Assembly (NCBI GenBank): GCA_937872095.1
Contig: CALMNW010000063.1
Span: 43-64,042, forward strand
Direction of reading: 5' to 3'
Source of the DNA: an uncultured Verrucomicrobiota bacterium
GTDB taxonomy: Bacteria > Verrucomicrobiota > Kiritimatiellia > CAIQIC01 > Lenti-01
Length of the DNA: 64,000 bases
Position 1 is the first letter of the stretch. Each line of letters starts with the position of its first letter. The position numbers were made by a program, and so were the translations under genes. Of the stretch, positions 1-8,762 are shown piece after piece. The notes beneath the pieces were generated by a model. That model made no database searches. It was not told where the DNA came from and saw nothing but the letters and a program-made list of their open reading frames with translations.

Positions 1-1
1 G

Positions 2-75
2 GTAGTGGAAAAATTCCCCAAAGTTTTTACGTAGCGTGGAAAAATCGGCCAAAGTTTTTACGTAGCGTGGAAAAA
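2..75. repeat. ~31-bp tandem repeat (2 units plus a partial), core AAAGTTTTTACGTAGCGTGGAAAAA
   Basis: Units at 2-30, 31-61 and 62-75; a related palindrome TTTTCCA-TAGCG-TGGAAAA lies at 53460-53478. Confidence 0.8.
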
Positions 76-146
76 CGGGGGTTTTCGGCGCGAGCCGCGC
101 CGCGGGCGCGGCCAACCGCGATTCCCGGGGCGCGGGCGAACGGCCC

Positions 147-175
147 TTGCATCGGCAGGGGGGGAAAGGTATAGT
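147..175 (+). promoter_or_regulatory. putative sigma70 promoter of ahcY
   Basis: TTGCAT (147-152), 17-bp spacer, TATAGT (170-175); AAGGAG RBS at 197-202. Confidence 0.6.
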
Positions 176-205
176 TCCGGCCTGTTTTCAACCTCAAAGG
201 AGTCG

Positions 206-1621
206 ATGATGGCAAAGCGCAAAAAGACGATGGACGCGGTGGTGAAGGACCTCAGCCTGGCGGCGTTCGGTCGCAAGGAAATCGAATTGGCCGAGCACGA
301 GATGCCCGGCCTGATGAGCGTCCGCGCGGAATACGCGAAGACGAAGCCGCTCAAGGGTGCCCGCATCTCCGGGTCCATCCACATGACCATCCAGACGGCC
401 GTCCTGGTCGAGACGCTGCAGGCGCTGGGCGCCCGCGTCCGCTGGGCCAGCTGCAACATCTTCTCCACGCAGGATCACGCGGCGGCGGCGCTGGCCGTCA
501 AAGGCACGCCGGTCTTCGCCGTCAAGGGCGAGACGCTCAAGGAATACTGGGAATACACCGACCGCATCCTCGACTGGGGCAAGGAAGCGCCCAACATGAT
601 CCTGGACGACGGCGGCGACGCGACCCTGTTCGTGCATCTCGGCGTGAAGGCCGTGAAGGAAGGCCTGAAGGTCTTGGCCGGCCCGTACGACAGCGAGGAG
701 GAGGAAATCCTCAAGGCGCAGGTCCGCAAGGCCGTGAAGAAGAACCCGGACCGCTTCCTCAAGATGGCCAAGAGCATCAAGGGCGTCACGGAAGAAACCA
801 CGACGGGCGTGCACCGCCTCTACCAGATGGCGGAGCGCAAGGAACTGCTTTTCCCGGCGTTCAACGTGAACGACTCGGTCACGAAATCGAAGTTCGACAA
901 CATCTACGGCTGCCGCCACTCGCTGGTGGACGGCATCATGCGGGCGACGGACGTCATGATCGCCGGCAAGGTGGCCGTGGTGGCCGGCTACGGCGACGTG
1001 GGCAAAGGCTCGTGCCAGTCCCTGAAGGGCCAGTGCGCGCGCGTGATCGTGACGGAAATCGATCCGATCTGCGCCTTGCAGGCGGCGATCGACGGCTACG
1101 AGGTCATGACGATGGACGAGGCCTGCACGCAGGGCGACATCTTCGTGACGACGACCGGCTGCTGCGACGTCATCACCGACAAGCACATGCTGAAGATGAA
1201 GAACCTGGCCATCGTCTGCAACATCGGCCACTTCGACAGCGAGATCCAGACGGCGGCGATGAAGAAGTACCGCTGGGAAGTGATCAAGCCGCAGGTGCAC
1301 CGCATCTGGACGAAGAAGGACCAGTCGCTGTTGCTGCTGGCGGAAGGCCGCCTCGTGAACCTCGGCTGCGCCACCGGCCATCCGAGCTTCGTGATGAGCA
1401 ACAGCTTCACCAACCAGGTCATGGCGCAGGTCGAGCTGTTCACCCGCACGGCCAAGTACCCGATCGGCGTCTACACCTTGCCGAAGAAGCTGGACGAGAA
1501 GGTCGCGCGCCTGCACCTCGGGCATCTCGGCGTGAAGCTGGACCGCCTGAACCGCAAGCAGGCCGCCTATCTCGGCGTGCCGGCGGACGGTCCCTACAAG
1601 CCCGAGCACTACCGCTATTGA
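206..1621 (+). CDS. ahcY: adenosylhomocysteinase (SAH hydrolase)
   Basis: [51 protein letters not shown] and HYRY C-terminus; start may be 209. Confidence 0.98.
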   Translation: MMAKRKKTMDAVVKDLSLAAFGRKEIELAEHEMPGLMSVRAEYAKTKPLKGARISGSIHMTIQTAVLVETLQALGARVRWASCNIFSTQDHAAAALAVKGTPVFAVKGETLKEYWEYTDRILDWGKEAPNMILDDGGDATLFVHLGVKAVKEGLKVLAGPYDSEEEEILKAQVRKAVKKNPDRFLKMAKSIKGVTEETTTGVHRLYQMAERKELLFPAFNVNDSVTKSKFDNIYGCRHSLVDGIMRATDVMIAGKVAVVAGYGDVGKGSCQSLKGQCARVIVTEIDPICALQAAIDGYEVMTMDEACTQGDIFVTTTGCCDVITDKHMLKMKNLAIVCNIGHFDSEIQTAAMKKYRWEVIKPQVHRIWTKKDQSLLLLAEGRLVNLGCATGHPSFVMSNSFTNQVMAQVELFTRTAKYPIGVYTLPKKLDEKVARLHLGHLGVKLDRLNRKQAAYLGVPADGPYKPEHYRY

Positions 1622-1652
1622 TCGGATGTGCGGCAACGCCAAAACGGGACAG

Positions 1653-1687
1653 GACGGGGCGCGCACAGCGCCCCGTCGTTTTTGTTT
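1653..1687 (+). terminator. rho-independent terminator
   Basis: 10-bp stem GACGGGGCGC/GCGCCCCGTC, 5-nt loop, then GTTTTTGTTT. Confidence 0.7.
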
Positions 1688-1695
1688 CGCATGAG

Positions 1696-2754
1696 ATGAA
1701 AATCGCGCTTCAAGGCTTGTTTCCCGAAGAGCTGCAGGCGTTGTGCCAGGCGGCGGGCCAGCCGGCTTTCCGCGGCAAGCAACTGTGGCAGTGGCTCCAG
1801 ATCCAAGGCGCGACCGACTGGGCCCAAATGGGAAATCTGCCGCGCGCGCTGAAGGAAAAGCTGGCGGAAACCCATACGCCGGCCCCCGCGAAGATCCTGA
1901 AGGAATCCGGCGAACCCGGCGGCACCCGCAAGTGGCTCGTCGGGCTGGCGGACGGGGAAAGCGTCGAAACCGTGCTGATCCCCGCGCGCGAGCGGAACAC
2001 GGTTTGCGTATCGACGCAGGTCGGCTGCAAGATGGGGTGCGCGTTTTGCGCCAGCGCCAAGTGCGGATTCGCGCGCGGCCTGTCGGCCGGGGAAATCGTC
2101 GCCCAGGTGCAGCTCGTCGCCGTCGCGCTGGGCAAGCGCCCCGACAACGTCGTCTACATGGGCATGGGGGAGCCGTTCGACAATTACGACGAAACGCTCA
2201 GATCCGTGCGGATCTTGAACCATCCCGACGGTCTGAATATCGGTGCGCGGCGCATCACCTTGAGCACCAGCGGCGTCGTGCCCGGCATCCGGCGGCTGGC
2301 GGGCGAGGGGCTCCAGGTGGAGCTGTCCGTTTCCCTGCATGCGCCGAATCCGGATCTGCGCCGGAAGCTGATGCCGATCGAGAACAAGTACCCGATGGAC
2401 GAGCTGCTGCGGGAATGCGCGGACTACACGGCGAAAACCAAGCGCCACGTCACGTTCGAATATACGCTCGTGAAAGGCGTCAACGATTCCCTCCGCGACG
2501 CGGAAGAGCTCGCCGGGCGTTTGCGGCGATTCCCTTGCCGCGTGAATTTGATCCCGCTGAGCCCCGTCGATGAATTCGCGGGGGAGGCCCCGCCCCGCCC
2601 CGTGCTGGAGGCGTTTCTGCGCGCGCTGGAAACGCGCGGCGTGGAAGGGACCCTGCGCGAGTCCAAAGGCAAAGGGGTCGATGCCGCCTGCGGCCAGCTC
2701 CGCCGCCGCGCCCAATCCGGGGCGCTCCCGCAGAAGGAAGACCGGCCGGATTAA
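1696..2754 (+). CDS. rlmN: 23S rRNA m2A2503 methyltransferase (radical SAM)
   Basis: VCVSTQVGCKMGCAFCAS, MGMGEP, SLHAP, EYTLVKGVND, AACGQL; real start at ATG 1696 inside track ORF 1012..2754. Confidence 0.95.
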   Translation: MKIALQGLFPEELQALCQAAGQPAFRGKQLWQWLQIQGATDWAQMGNLPRALKEKLAETHTPAPAKILKESGEPGGTRKWLVGLADGESVETVLIPARERNTVCVSTQVGCKMGCAFCASAKCGFARGLSAGEIVAQVQLVAVALGKRPDNVVYMGMGEPFDNYDETLRSVRILNHPDGLNIGARRITLSTSGVVPGIRRLAGEGLQVELSVSLHAPNPDLRRKLMPIENKYPMDELLRECADYTAKTKRHVTFEYTLVKGVNDSLRDAEELAGRLRRFPCRVNLIPLSPVDEFAGEAPPRPVLEAFLRALETRGVEGTLRESKGKGVDAACGQLRRRAQSGALPQKEDRPD

Positions 2755-3674
2755 AGATCGTTGATCTTTTTCCCGGCGGGCGTTTGGGCCGGGGGCTCGG
2801 GAAGTTTCGTGCTCAGCAGGTGCTGGATGAAGGCTTCCCGGTAGTCGGGATCCATGCGGCGGCGCGAGGGGTTGTCCAGCACGTTCAGCGGCACGCCGAT
2901 TTGACCGAGCGGCGTGGCCACCAACGCCACGCGATCCGCGCCCGAACCCGCATAGCCCATGAAGGTGCCTTTGTCGAGAACCCCGTTTTTGCGGCGGAGC
3001 TCGACGGCGTCGTTGACCTTGTAGAGCGGTTCGCGGCTGGCAAGCTGCAAGCGGAGAGTGCGCTCGGCCTGGGCCTTCTTGGCGGCGAAAGCAGCTCGTT
3101 CGGCTTCGGCTTTTTGAGCGGCGAGTTCTTCGGGAGTCGGCTTGGGCGGGGGCGGGGGTTTGGGCGCAGCGACGGGCTTTTTGGAGGCGGGGGGTTCTGG
3201 GATCGCCTCGTTCGTCTCGGTGGCCGTTGCATCCGGCTGGACCTGCGGCGCCGGGGCGACGGTCGCCGGCTCTTCGGCCGGCGCGAATTCGGGCGGCGGC
3301 GTTTCGGGTTCGGGCCAAAACAGATAGCCCGCGCCGGCCGCCAGCGCGATCAAGATGCCGCCAAGGAGGAGAATGAACCCCAGATTCGCCGCGAACCAAT
3401 TTTTCTCGCCGGGTTTTTTGCCGGTGGCGAAATTGTAGCCGCAATGCACGCAGATCACGGCGTCCCGGGCGACCTGATGCCGGCAGGAAGGACAGGGCTT
3501 GGCGCCCGACAGATTGGGGGCGTCGTGCTGGACGGTCAGGGTTTTCGGCGCGGCGGAAGGCATCTCGACCACGTTCTGCTTGCCGCAGTGGGGACAGTCG
3601 ATCTGGGGCAGACCGCTGGAACTGTCGAAATCGAACGGCTGCTGGCAAAACTGGCAGTTGACTTTGACGAACAT
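2751..3674 (-). CDS. zinc-ribbon, single-TM, Pro-rich hypothetical protein
   Basis: Four CxxC pairs, a hydrophobic helix (LGFILLLGGILIALAAGAGYLF) and a Pro/Ala-rich linker; follows glyS on the same strand. Confidence 0.8.
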   Translation of the reverse strand: MFVKVNCQFCQQPFDFDSSSGLPQIDCPHCGKQNVVEMPSAAPKTLTVQHDAPNLSGAKPCPSCRHQVARDAVICVHCGYNFATGKKPGEKNWFAANLGFILLLGGILIALAAGAGYLFWPEPETPPPEFAPAEEPATVAPAPQVQPDATATETNEAIPEPPASKKPVAAPKPPPPPKPTPEELAAQKAEAERAAFAAKKAQAERTLRLQLASREPLYKVNDAVELRRKNGVLDKGTFMGYAGSGADRVALVATPLGQIGVPLNVLDNPSRRRMDPDYREAFIQHLLSTKLPEPPAQTPAGKKINDL

Positions 3675-3701
3675 GGCGGGCCTCCCGGGTTGGGCAAGGG
3701 T

Positions 3702-5282
3702 TTATCCGATTGCCGCGTCCATTTTCTCGATCAAGGCCGGAATCGTCAAGCGTTCCTGCTGCATGCTGTCGCGGTCGCGCAACGTGACGGTACCGTCTTC
3801 GAGCGTCTGGAAATCGACGGTGACGCACCAAGGGGTGCCGGCTTCGTCCATGCGGCGATAGCGGCGGCCGATGGCGCCGGACTCGTCCCAGAAGCAGTTC
3901 CAGCGGCGCTGGAGCTTGGCGAAGATCTCGCGGGCCTTGCCGTAGAGTTCGGGCTTGTTCTTCACCAGCGGGAAGACGCCGAGCTTGATGGGGGCGATGG
4001 CCGGATGGAAGCGCATGACGGTGCGCTGGTCGGTCTTGCCCTTGTCGTCCGTCAGGGTTTCCTCGTCGTAGGCGTTGCAGAGCAGCGCCAGCGCGAGGCG
4101 GTCGGTGCCCGCGGAGGGTTCGATGACGTGTGGCACGTATTTGCCTTCGAGGAGCTTCGTCGCGAACGCGCGGGCATCCTCCTCGGTTTTGCCGCGGCCG
4201 GTCCAGTCGGCGACGACTTTTTGGACGAAGGCCTCCTTGGCGCTGGCGTCCAGCTTGTCGGCGGCCTGCTTGAGGGCCTCGTCGAACACGTCCATGCCCT
4301 TGCCGGAGTGCTTCTGGTGCTGGCTCAGGTCGAAATCGGAACGGGCGGCGATGCCTTCGAGTTCCTGCACGCCGAAGGGGAAGGCGTATTCGATGTCCAC
4401 GCAGGCGCGGGCATAGTGGGCGAGTTCGTCGCCGACCTGCCAATACTGCTCGAGATCGGCGGCCGGCAGGCCGATGGCGCGATACCAGGACAGGCGCTGT
4501 TCGACCCAATAGCGGTGCCAGACTTCCCAGCCCCAGCTTTCCTGCGGTTCGCCGGCGAGGTCGGGATTGTCCGCCAGCGTCGTGACCTTCCCGCAAATCA
4601 GTTCGATGGCTTCGTCGGGCCGGATGAAGAATTCCAGCTCCATCTGCTCGAATTCGCGCGAACGGAACGTGTAGTTGCGCGGATTGATCTCGTTGCGGAA
4701 GCTCTTGCCCATCTGCGCCACGCCGAAGGGCACTTTCTGGCGCGCGGTGGCCACGATGTTGTTGAATTGGGCGAAGATCGCTTGCGCGGTTTCCGGGCGC
4801 AGCCAGACCACGTTGGACTCGTCCTCGACGGGGCCGACGAACGTTTTGAACATCAGGTTGAAGCTGCGGGGCGGGGTGAGGTTCTTGGAGCCGCACTCGG
4901 GGCATTTCACGCCGTCGGGCAGGGTGAAAACCGCTCCGTTTTTGGCCAGTTCCAGACCTTGATCCTCGCAGAGCTGGTCGGCGCGGAAACGCTTGCGGCA
5001 GTCCTTGCAGTCCACCATCGGGTCGGCGAACCCGTCGGCGTGGCCGGACGCCTTCCAAATGGCCGGGTGCATGATGATGGAAGCTTCGAGACCCACGACG
5101 TCCTCGCGGCTGCGGACCATGGCTTTCCACCAGGCGTCCTTGATGTTGCGCTTCAGCTCGCAGCCCAGCGGACCGTAGTCCCAGAAACCGTTGATGCCGC
5201 CGTAGAGTTCCGAAGATTGGAAGATGAAGCCGCGCCGCTTGCAGAGGGAGGCCAAGGTTTCCATGTTGATGCTTTTGCTCAT
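3702..5282 (-). CDS. glyS: glycine--tRNA ligase (homodimeric alpha2 type)
   Basis: KRRGFIFQSSELYGG, WDYGPLG, LRPETAQ, FRSREFEQMELEFF, PHVIEPSAG, IGRRYRRMDE; start set at MSKSIN. Confidence 0.97.
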   Translation of the reverse strand: MSKSINMETLASLCKRRGFIFQSSELYGGINGFWDYGPLGCELKRNIKDAWWKAMVRSREDVVGLEASIIMHPAIWKASGHADGFADPMVDCKDCRKRFRADQLCEDQGLELAKNGAVFTLPDGVKCPECGSKNLTPPRSFNLMFKTFVGPVEDESNVVWLRPETAQAIFAQFNNIVATARQKVPFGVAQMGKSFRNEINPRNYTFRSREFEQMELEFFIRPDEAIELICGKVTTLADNPDLAGEPQESWGWEVWHRYWVEQRLSWYRAIGLPAADLEQYWQVGDELAHYARACVDIEYAFPFGVQELEGIAARSDFDLSQHQKHSGKGMDVFDEALKQAADKLDASAKEAFVQKVVADWTGRGKTEEDARAFATKLLEGKYVPHVIEPSAGTDRLALALLCNAYDEETLTDDKGKTDQRTVMRFHPAIAPIKLGVFPLVKNKPELYGKAREIFAKLQRRWNCFWDESGAIGRRYRRMDEAGTPWCVTVDFQTLEDGTVTLRDRDSMQQERLTIPALIEKMDAAIG

Positions 5283-5391
5283 AATGGGCCGCAGGATGCG
5301 CCAAAACGTCCCCCGCGTCAAGCGGCGGAGACGGGGGGGAGGCTTGCCTAAGGCATGTCGGTTTGCTATCCAGACAGGCGGGAGTTGCGAT

Positions 5392-8300
5392 ATGGGAAAC
5401 AGGTGCTTGGACAGACGGCAACGAATGGCGGTGATTCTGGCGGGGTTGTGCGGAATCTTGCTGGCCCGGGAAGGAACCGGGCAGGGGGTCGTCACGAGCC
5501 GTTTCCAAAACGGCGTTTCGCCCTCGGCGGCCTATGCCGGTGCCTCCGATTCCACCCTGCGCTCGCTTTCGGGCTATACCTACGGCATGCAGTCGCTCGG
5601 GCGCGACGCGGCGTTCGATCCGCGCTGGGCCGACGGCGAAGGCGCCGGACTGTTGCGTTTCGACCTCTCTTCGATTCCGACCTATGCTTCGGTTTCTTCC
5701 GCCACGCTGCGGATCTGGCTCGCCGCCGACGAAAACGAGACGAATTCCGGCCAGCTCGAAGCCTATCGCCTGCTCGATCCCGACGGGACGGGCCTCTGGC
5801 AGGAAAACACCAACGCCGTCGAAGCCGATTACGGGACCGCCGATCCCGCCGCGGCGATGGGCTGTGCCGCCTACAAACGGCCCAACGTGGTTTGGAGCGG
5901 CGCGGAGGGGCGCGTGACCGACGTCACCGGCGGGGTGGCGCGGACCGCTCACGTGGCCGGAACAAGCGAGTGGATCGAACTGGACGTGGCGGCGGACGTG
6001 CAGGATTTCATCCAAGTTCCCGCCAGCAACCTGGGATGGCTGGTGCAGGCCGAAACGGACGACACCCTGCGCGGCGATTTGTTCACCTGCGACGCGCTCG
6101 CCGCATCGAACCGGCCGTCGCTGGAGGTGGTTTACGGCTTGCCGGACGAGGTGCCGCCGATTGCCGACGCCGGGCCGGACCAGGAATTGACGGACGACGA
6201 CGCGGACGGCTGGGCAATCGCCGATCTCGACGGTTCCGCGTCGTACGATCTGGACGGGACGATTATCCAGTACGCCTGGTCCACGGGCGGCGTGCAGATG
6301 GCCACCGGGGAACTGGCGCAAGTCGCCTTGCCGTTGGGGACGAATCTCGTCGTCCTGACCGTCACGGACGACGAGGCCTTGGAGGATGCGGATACCGTCC
6401 AGATCGTGGTGGCCGCCGTTCCCACCAACGAGCCGCCGGTTTTCATTCCCATCGGCAACCAAACCGCTTGGGTGGGCTACGAACTCCAATTCTCCCTGAA
6501 CGCCTCGGATGCCGACGGCGATTCCGTGATTTTCACCGCGTCCAATCTGCCGCCCGGGGCGGTTTTTCTGGCCCCGCAGTTCAGTTGGACGCCGACGGCG
6601 GCCCAAACAGGCACGTACGCGGGCGTGGGATTTTATGCGGACGACGGCCACGGGGGCACCGATTCGGAATTCATCGCCATTGCCGTGCAGGCAGCCGGCG
6701 CGGGCGGCACGACCTGGTACGTGCGGGTGGACGGCGGTTCCCCCGATGAATGCTCGGGCCGGGTCGACGCTCCGTATCCCGGTTCCGGGAGCAACCAGCC
6801 CTGCGCGTGGGACCACCCGTTCCGCGCGTTGCCTCCCGGCGGAACGCCGCGCATCGCCGGCGGCGACACCGTGCTGATCGGTCCCGGCAGCTACCGGATG
6901 GGCTACGGCGCGCCGGGAGCGGAGACTTGCGCGAGCGACTATCCGTGGGACTGCGTCATGCCGCCGATTCCCGGCGGGCCGAATCCGTCGAACCCCACGC
7001 GCATCCTCGGGGCGGGGTGGGCCTCCGGCTGCACGAACAAGCCGGAACTCTGGGGCGCCGAACGCGCCTTCGCCATCTTGGATCTGACCGGGGCGACGAA
7101 CGTGGAAATCGGATGCCTGGAGATCTCGGACCACCTGGGCTGCGTGGAATCCCACAGCGGGGGCATTCCCTGCCCGCGGGAAACGTATCCCTTCGGCGAC
7201 TGGGCCGAGCGCGGCATCTACGCGGAGGATGCGGCCAATGTCTATCTGCACGATCTCGACGTCCACGGCTTGGCCCATGCGGGCATCCACGCGGGACGTT
7301 TGGCCGATTGGAGGGTGGCCGACGTGCGGGTGGCGGGCAATGGCTGGGTGGGGTGGGACGGCGACGTCGACGGGGACGACGGCAATGCCGGGACCATGGC
7401 GTTCACCAATTTCACGGTGGAATGGAACGGCTGCGGCGAAACCTATCCCGGCGGCCAGCCGACCGAATGCTGGTCGCAGGAGGCGGGCGGCTACGGCGAC
7501 GGGTTCGGGACGGGCGAAACGGGCGGCAATTGGACGTTCGACAATTGCGCGTTTCTCCACAACACGTCGGACGGGCTGGATCTGCTCTACGTGACGCGCA
7601 CCGGATCCACGATCGCGGTGCGCCGCACGATTGCGGAAGGCAATGCCGGCAACCAGCTCAAGACCGCCGGAGCGACGGTCATCGACAATTGCATCGCCGT
7701 CGGCAACTGCGGGTTCTTCGAAGGGCAGACCTTCACCTACTGGGTGGATCCTTGCCGGGCCTTCGGCAACGTCCTCTCGCTGGATCTCGGTCCCGGCGAC
7801 CAGGTCTCGGTTTTGAATTCCACCATCACGGGAGAAGGCGATTGCCTGGTGCTGGCCGTGTCCCGCGACGCCTCGTCCGATGGAACCGAGAGGGTTTTGT
7901 TGCGCAACAACGTGTTTCTGGGGCATACCGATTTCCACCAGACGTTTGAAAACACCTGCCTGACCTGGGGGGAGAGCTTCTTGGCCGATCCCTTCGACGT
8001 GGATTACTCGGTCATTCAAAACGTGAAGGACGACCCTTGCCCGGTGGGCCCGCACGATCTCTGCGGAAATCCGCAGCTCGTCGGGATGACGCTGGACGCG
8101 TTCGACGCGATGCCGCTTTCCAACAGCCCCGCCATCGATGCCGGGGTGGATCTGCCGGCCAGCGGTCCCGACGTCGACGGCCGGCCGCGTCCGCTGGACG
8201 GAAACGACGACGGCACGAACCGCTGGGATATCGGCGCCGTGGAATACGTCCACCCTGCGGCCGATTCCGACGGAGACGGCATGCGCGACGCAGACGAAAT

Positions 8301-8553
8301 CGCGGCGGGCACCGACGCTACCGACGGGGCGTCCCTGTTCACCTTCGATTTCACCCCGTCGCCGTCCGGTCCTGTCCTGAACTGGTGGGGCGCGGCCGGA
8401 CGCTTCTACGACGTCGAAAGCGCCCTGGAATCCACCGGCGCCTGGTCCTCGGTGGAAGGGGCCACCAACTTGCCCGGCGCGGATGCCGCTTTGGCCTGCA
8501 CCAATTTGGCGGAGGCCACGCGCTATTACCGCCTTCGCGTTCGTCGCCCCTAA
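5392..8553 (+). CDS. large secreted multidomain protein (DNRLRE/CBM96-like, PKD/Ig-like, Cys-rich right-handed beta-helix, choice-of-anchor-Q-like, DxDxDG + C-terminal domain)
   Basis: Signal-like N-terminus; LLRFDLSSIP..VSSATLRIW; PIADAGPDQ; NEPPVF; HNTSDGLDLLY; SPAIDAG...DIGAVE; DSDGDGMRD; GGAG RBS before 5392. Confidence 0.85.
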   Translation: MGNRCLDRRQRMAVILAGLCGILLAREGTGQGVVTSRFQNGVSPSAAYAGASDSTLRSLSGYTYGMQSLGRDAAFDPRWADGEGAGLLRFDLSSIPTYASVSSATLRIWLAADENETNSGQLEAYRLLDPDGTGLWQENTNAVEADYGTADPAAAMGCAAYKRPNVVWSGAEGRVTDVTGGVARTAHVAGTSEWIELDVAADVQDFIQVPASNLGWLVQAETDDTLRGDLFTCDALAASNRPSLEVVYGLPDEVPPIADAGPDQELTDDDADGWAIADLDGSASYDLDGTIIQYAWSTGGVQMATGELAQVALPLGTNLVVLTVTDDEALEDADTVQIVVAAVPTNEPPVFIPIGNQTAWVGYELQFSLNASDADGDSVIFTASNLPPGAVFLAPQFSWTPTAAQTGTYAGVGFYADDGHGGTDSEFIAIAVQAAGAGGTTWYVRVDGGSPDECSGRVDAPYPGSGSNQPCAWDHPFRALPPGGTPRIAGGDTVLIGPGSYRMGYGAPGAETCASDYPWDCVMPPIPGGPNPSNPTRILGAGWASGCTNKPELWGAERAFAILDLTGATNVEIGCLEISDHLGCVESHSGGIPCPRETYPFGDWAERGIYAEDAANVYLHDLDVHGLAHAGIHAGRLADWRVADVRVAGNGWVGWDGDVDGDDGNAGTMAFTNFTVEWNGCGETYPGGQPTECWSQEAGGYGDGFGTGETGGNWTFDNCAFLHNTSDGLDLLYVTRTGSTIAVRRTIAEGNAGNQLKTAGATVIDNCIAVGNCGFFEGQTFTYWVDPCRAFGNVLSLDLGPGDQVSVLNSTITGEGDCLVLAVSRDASSDGTERVLLRNNVFLGHTDFHQTFENTCLTWGESFLADPFDVDYSVIQNVKDDPCPVGPHDLCGNPQLVGMTLDAFDAMPLSNSPAIDAGVDLPASGPDVDGRPRPLDGNDDGTNRWDIGAVEYVHPAADSDGDGMRDADEIAAGTDATDGASLFTFDFTPSPSGPVLNWWGAAGRFYDVESALESTGAWSSVEGATNLPGADAALACTNLAEATRYYRLRVRRP

Positions 8554-8762
8554 TCCCTTCCCCCCGATGAGGATGGCCGCGCCAGCGGCACGGCGAGCCG
8601 GTTTTGCGGCGATTTCATAACAGGCAAATATATGCGTTATGAATGCAGGCCGGATTCAAGCGGTCCGCGCCGCGAAAAACATGGAATCCGGGCTTGACGG
8701 ATAGGGGAAGCAATCCAGAAAATAAAGCAGAAGAGAAAACCGCACCGTCAAGGAGGTTGCAC

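Noticed and set aside
2-75. Possible CRISPR array
   Set aside because: The variable part is only ~6 bp, there are no spacer-length unique sequences, and no cas genes are present.
76-205. SAH riboswitch upstream of ahcY
   Set aside because: No recognisable consensus, and the predicted promoter leaves only a ~25-nt leader.
1615-8253. Very long alternative-frame or antisense ORFs (e.g. 2212 aa here; also 2784..5351, 20206..22758, 41230..43647, 61125..63782)
   Set aside because: Shadow ORFs of GC-rich real genes: low-complexity R/G/A/P-rich translations with no motifs, overlapping well-supported CDSs.
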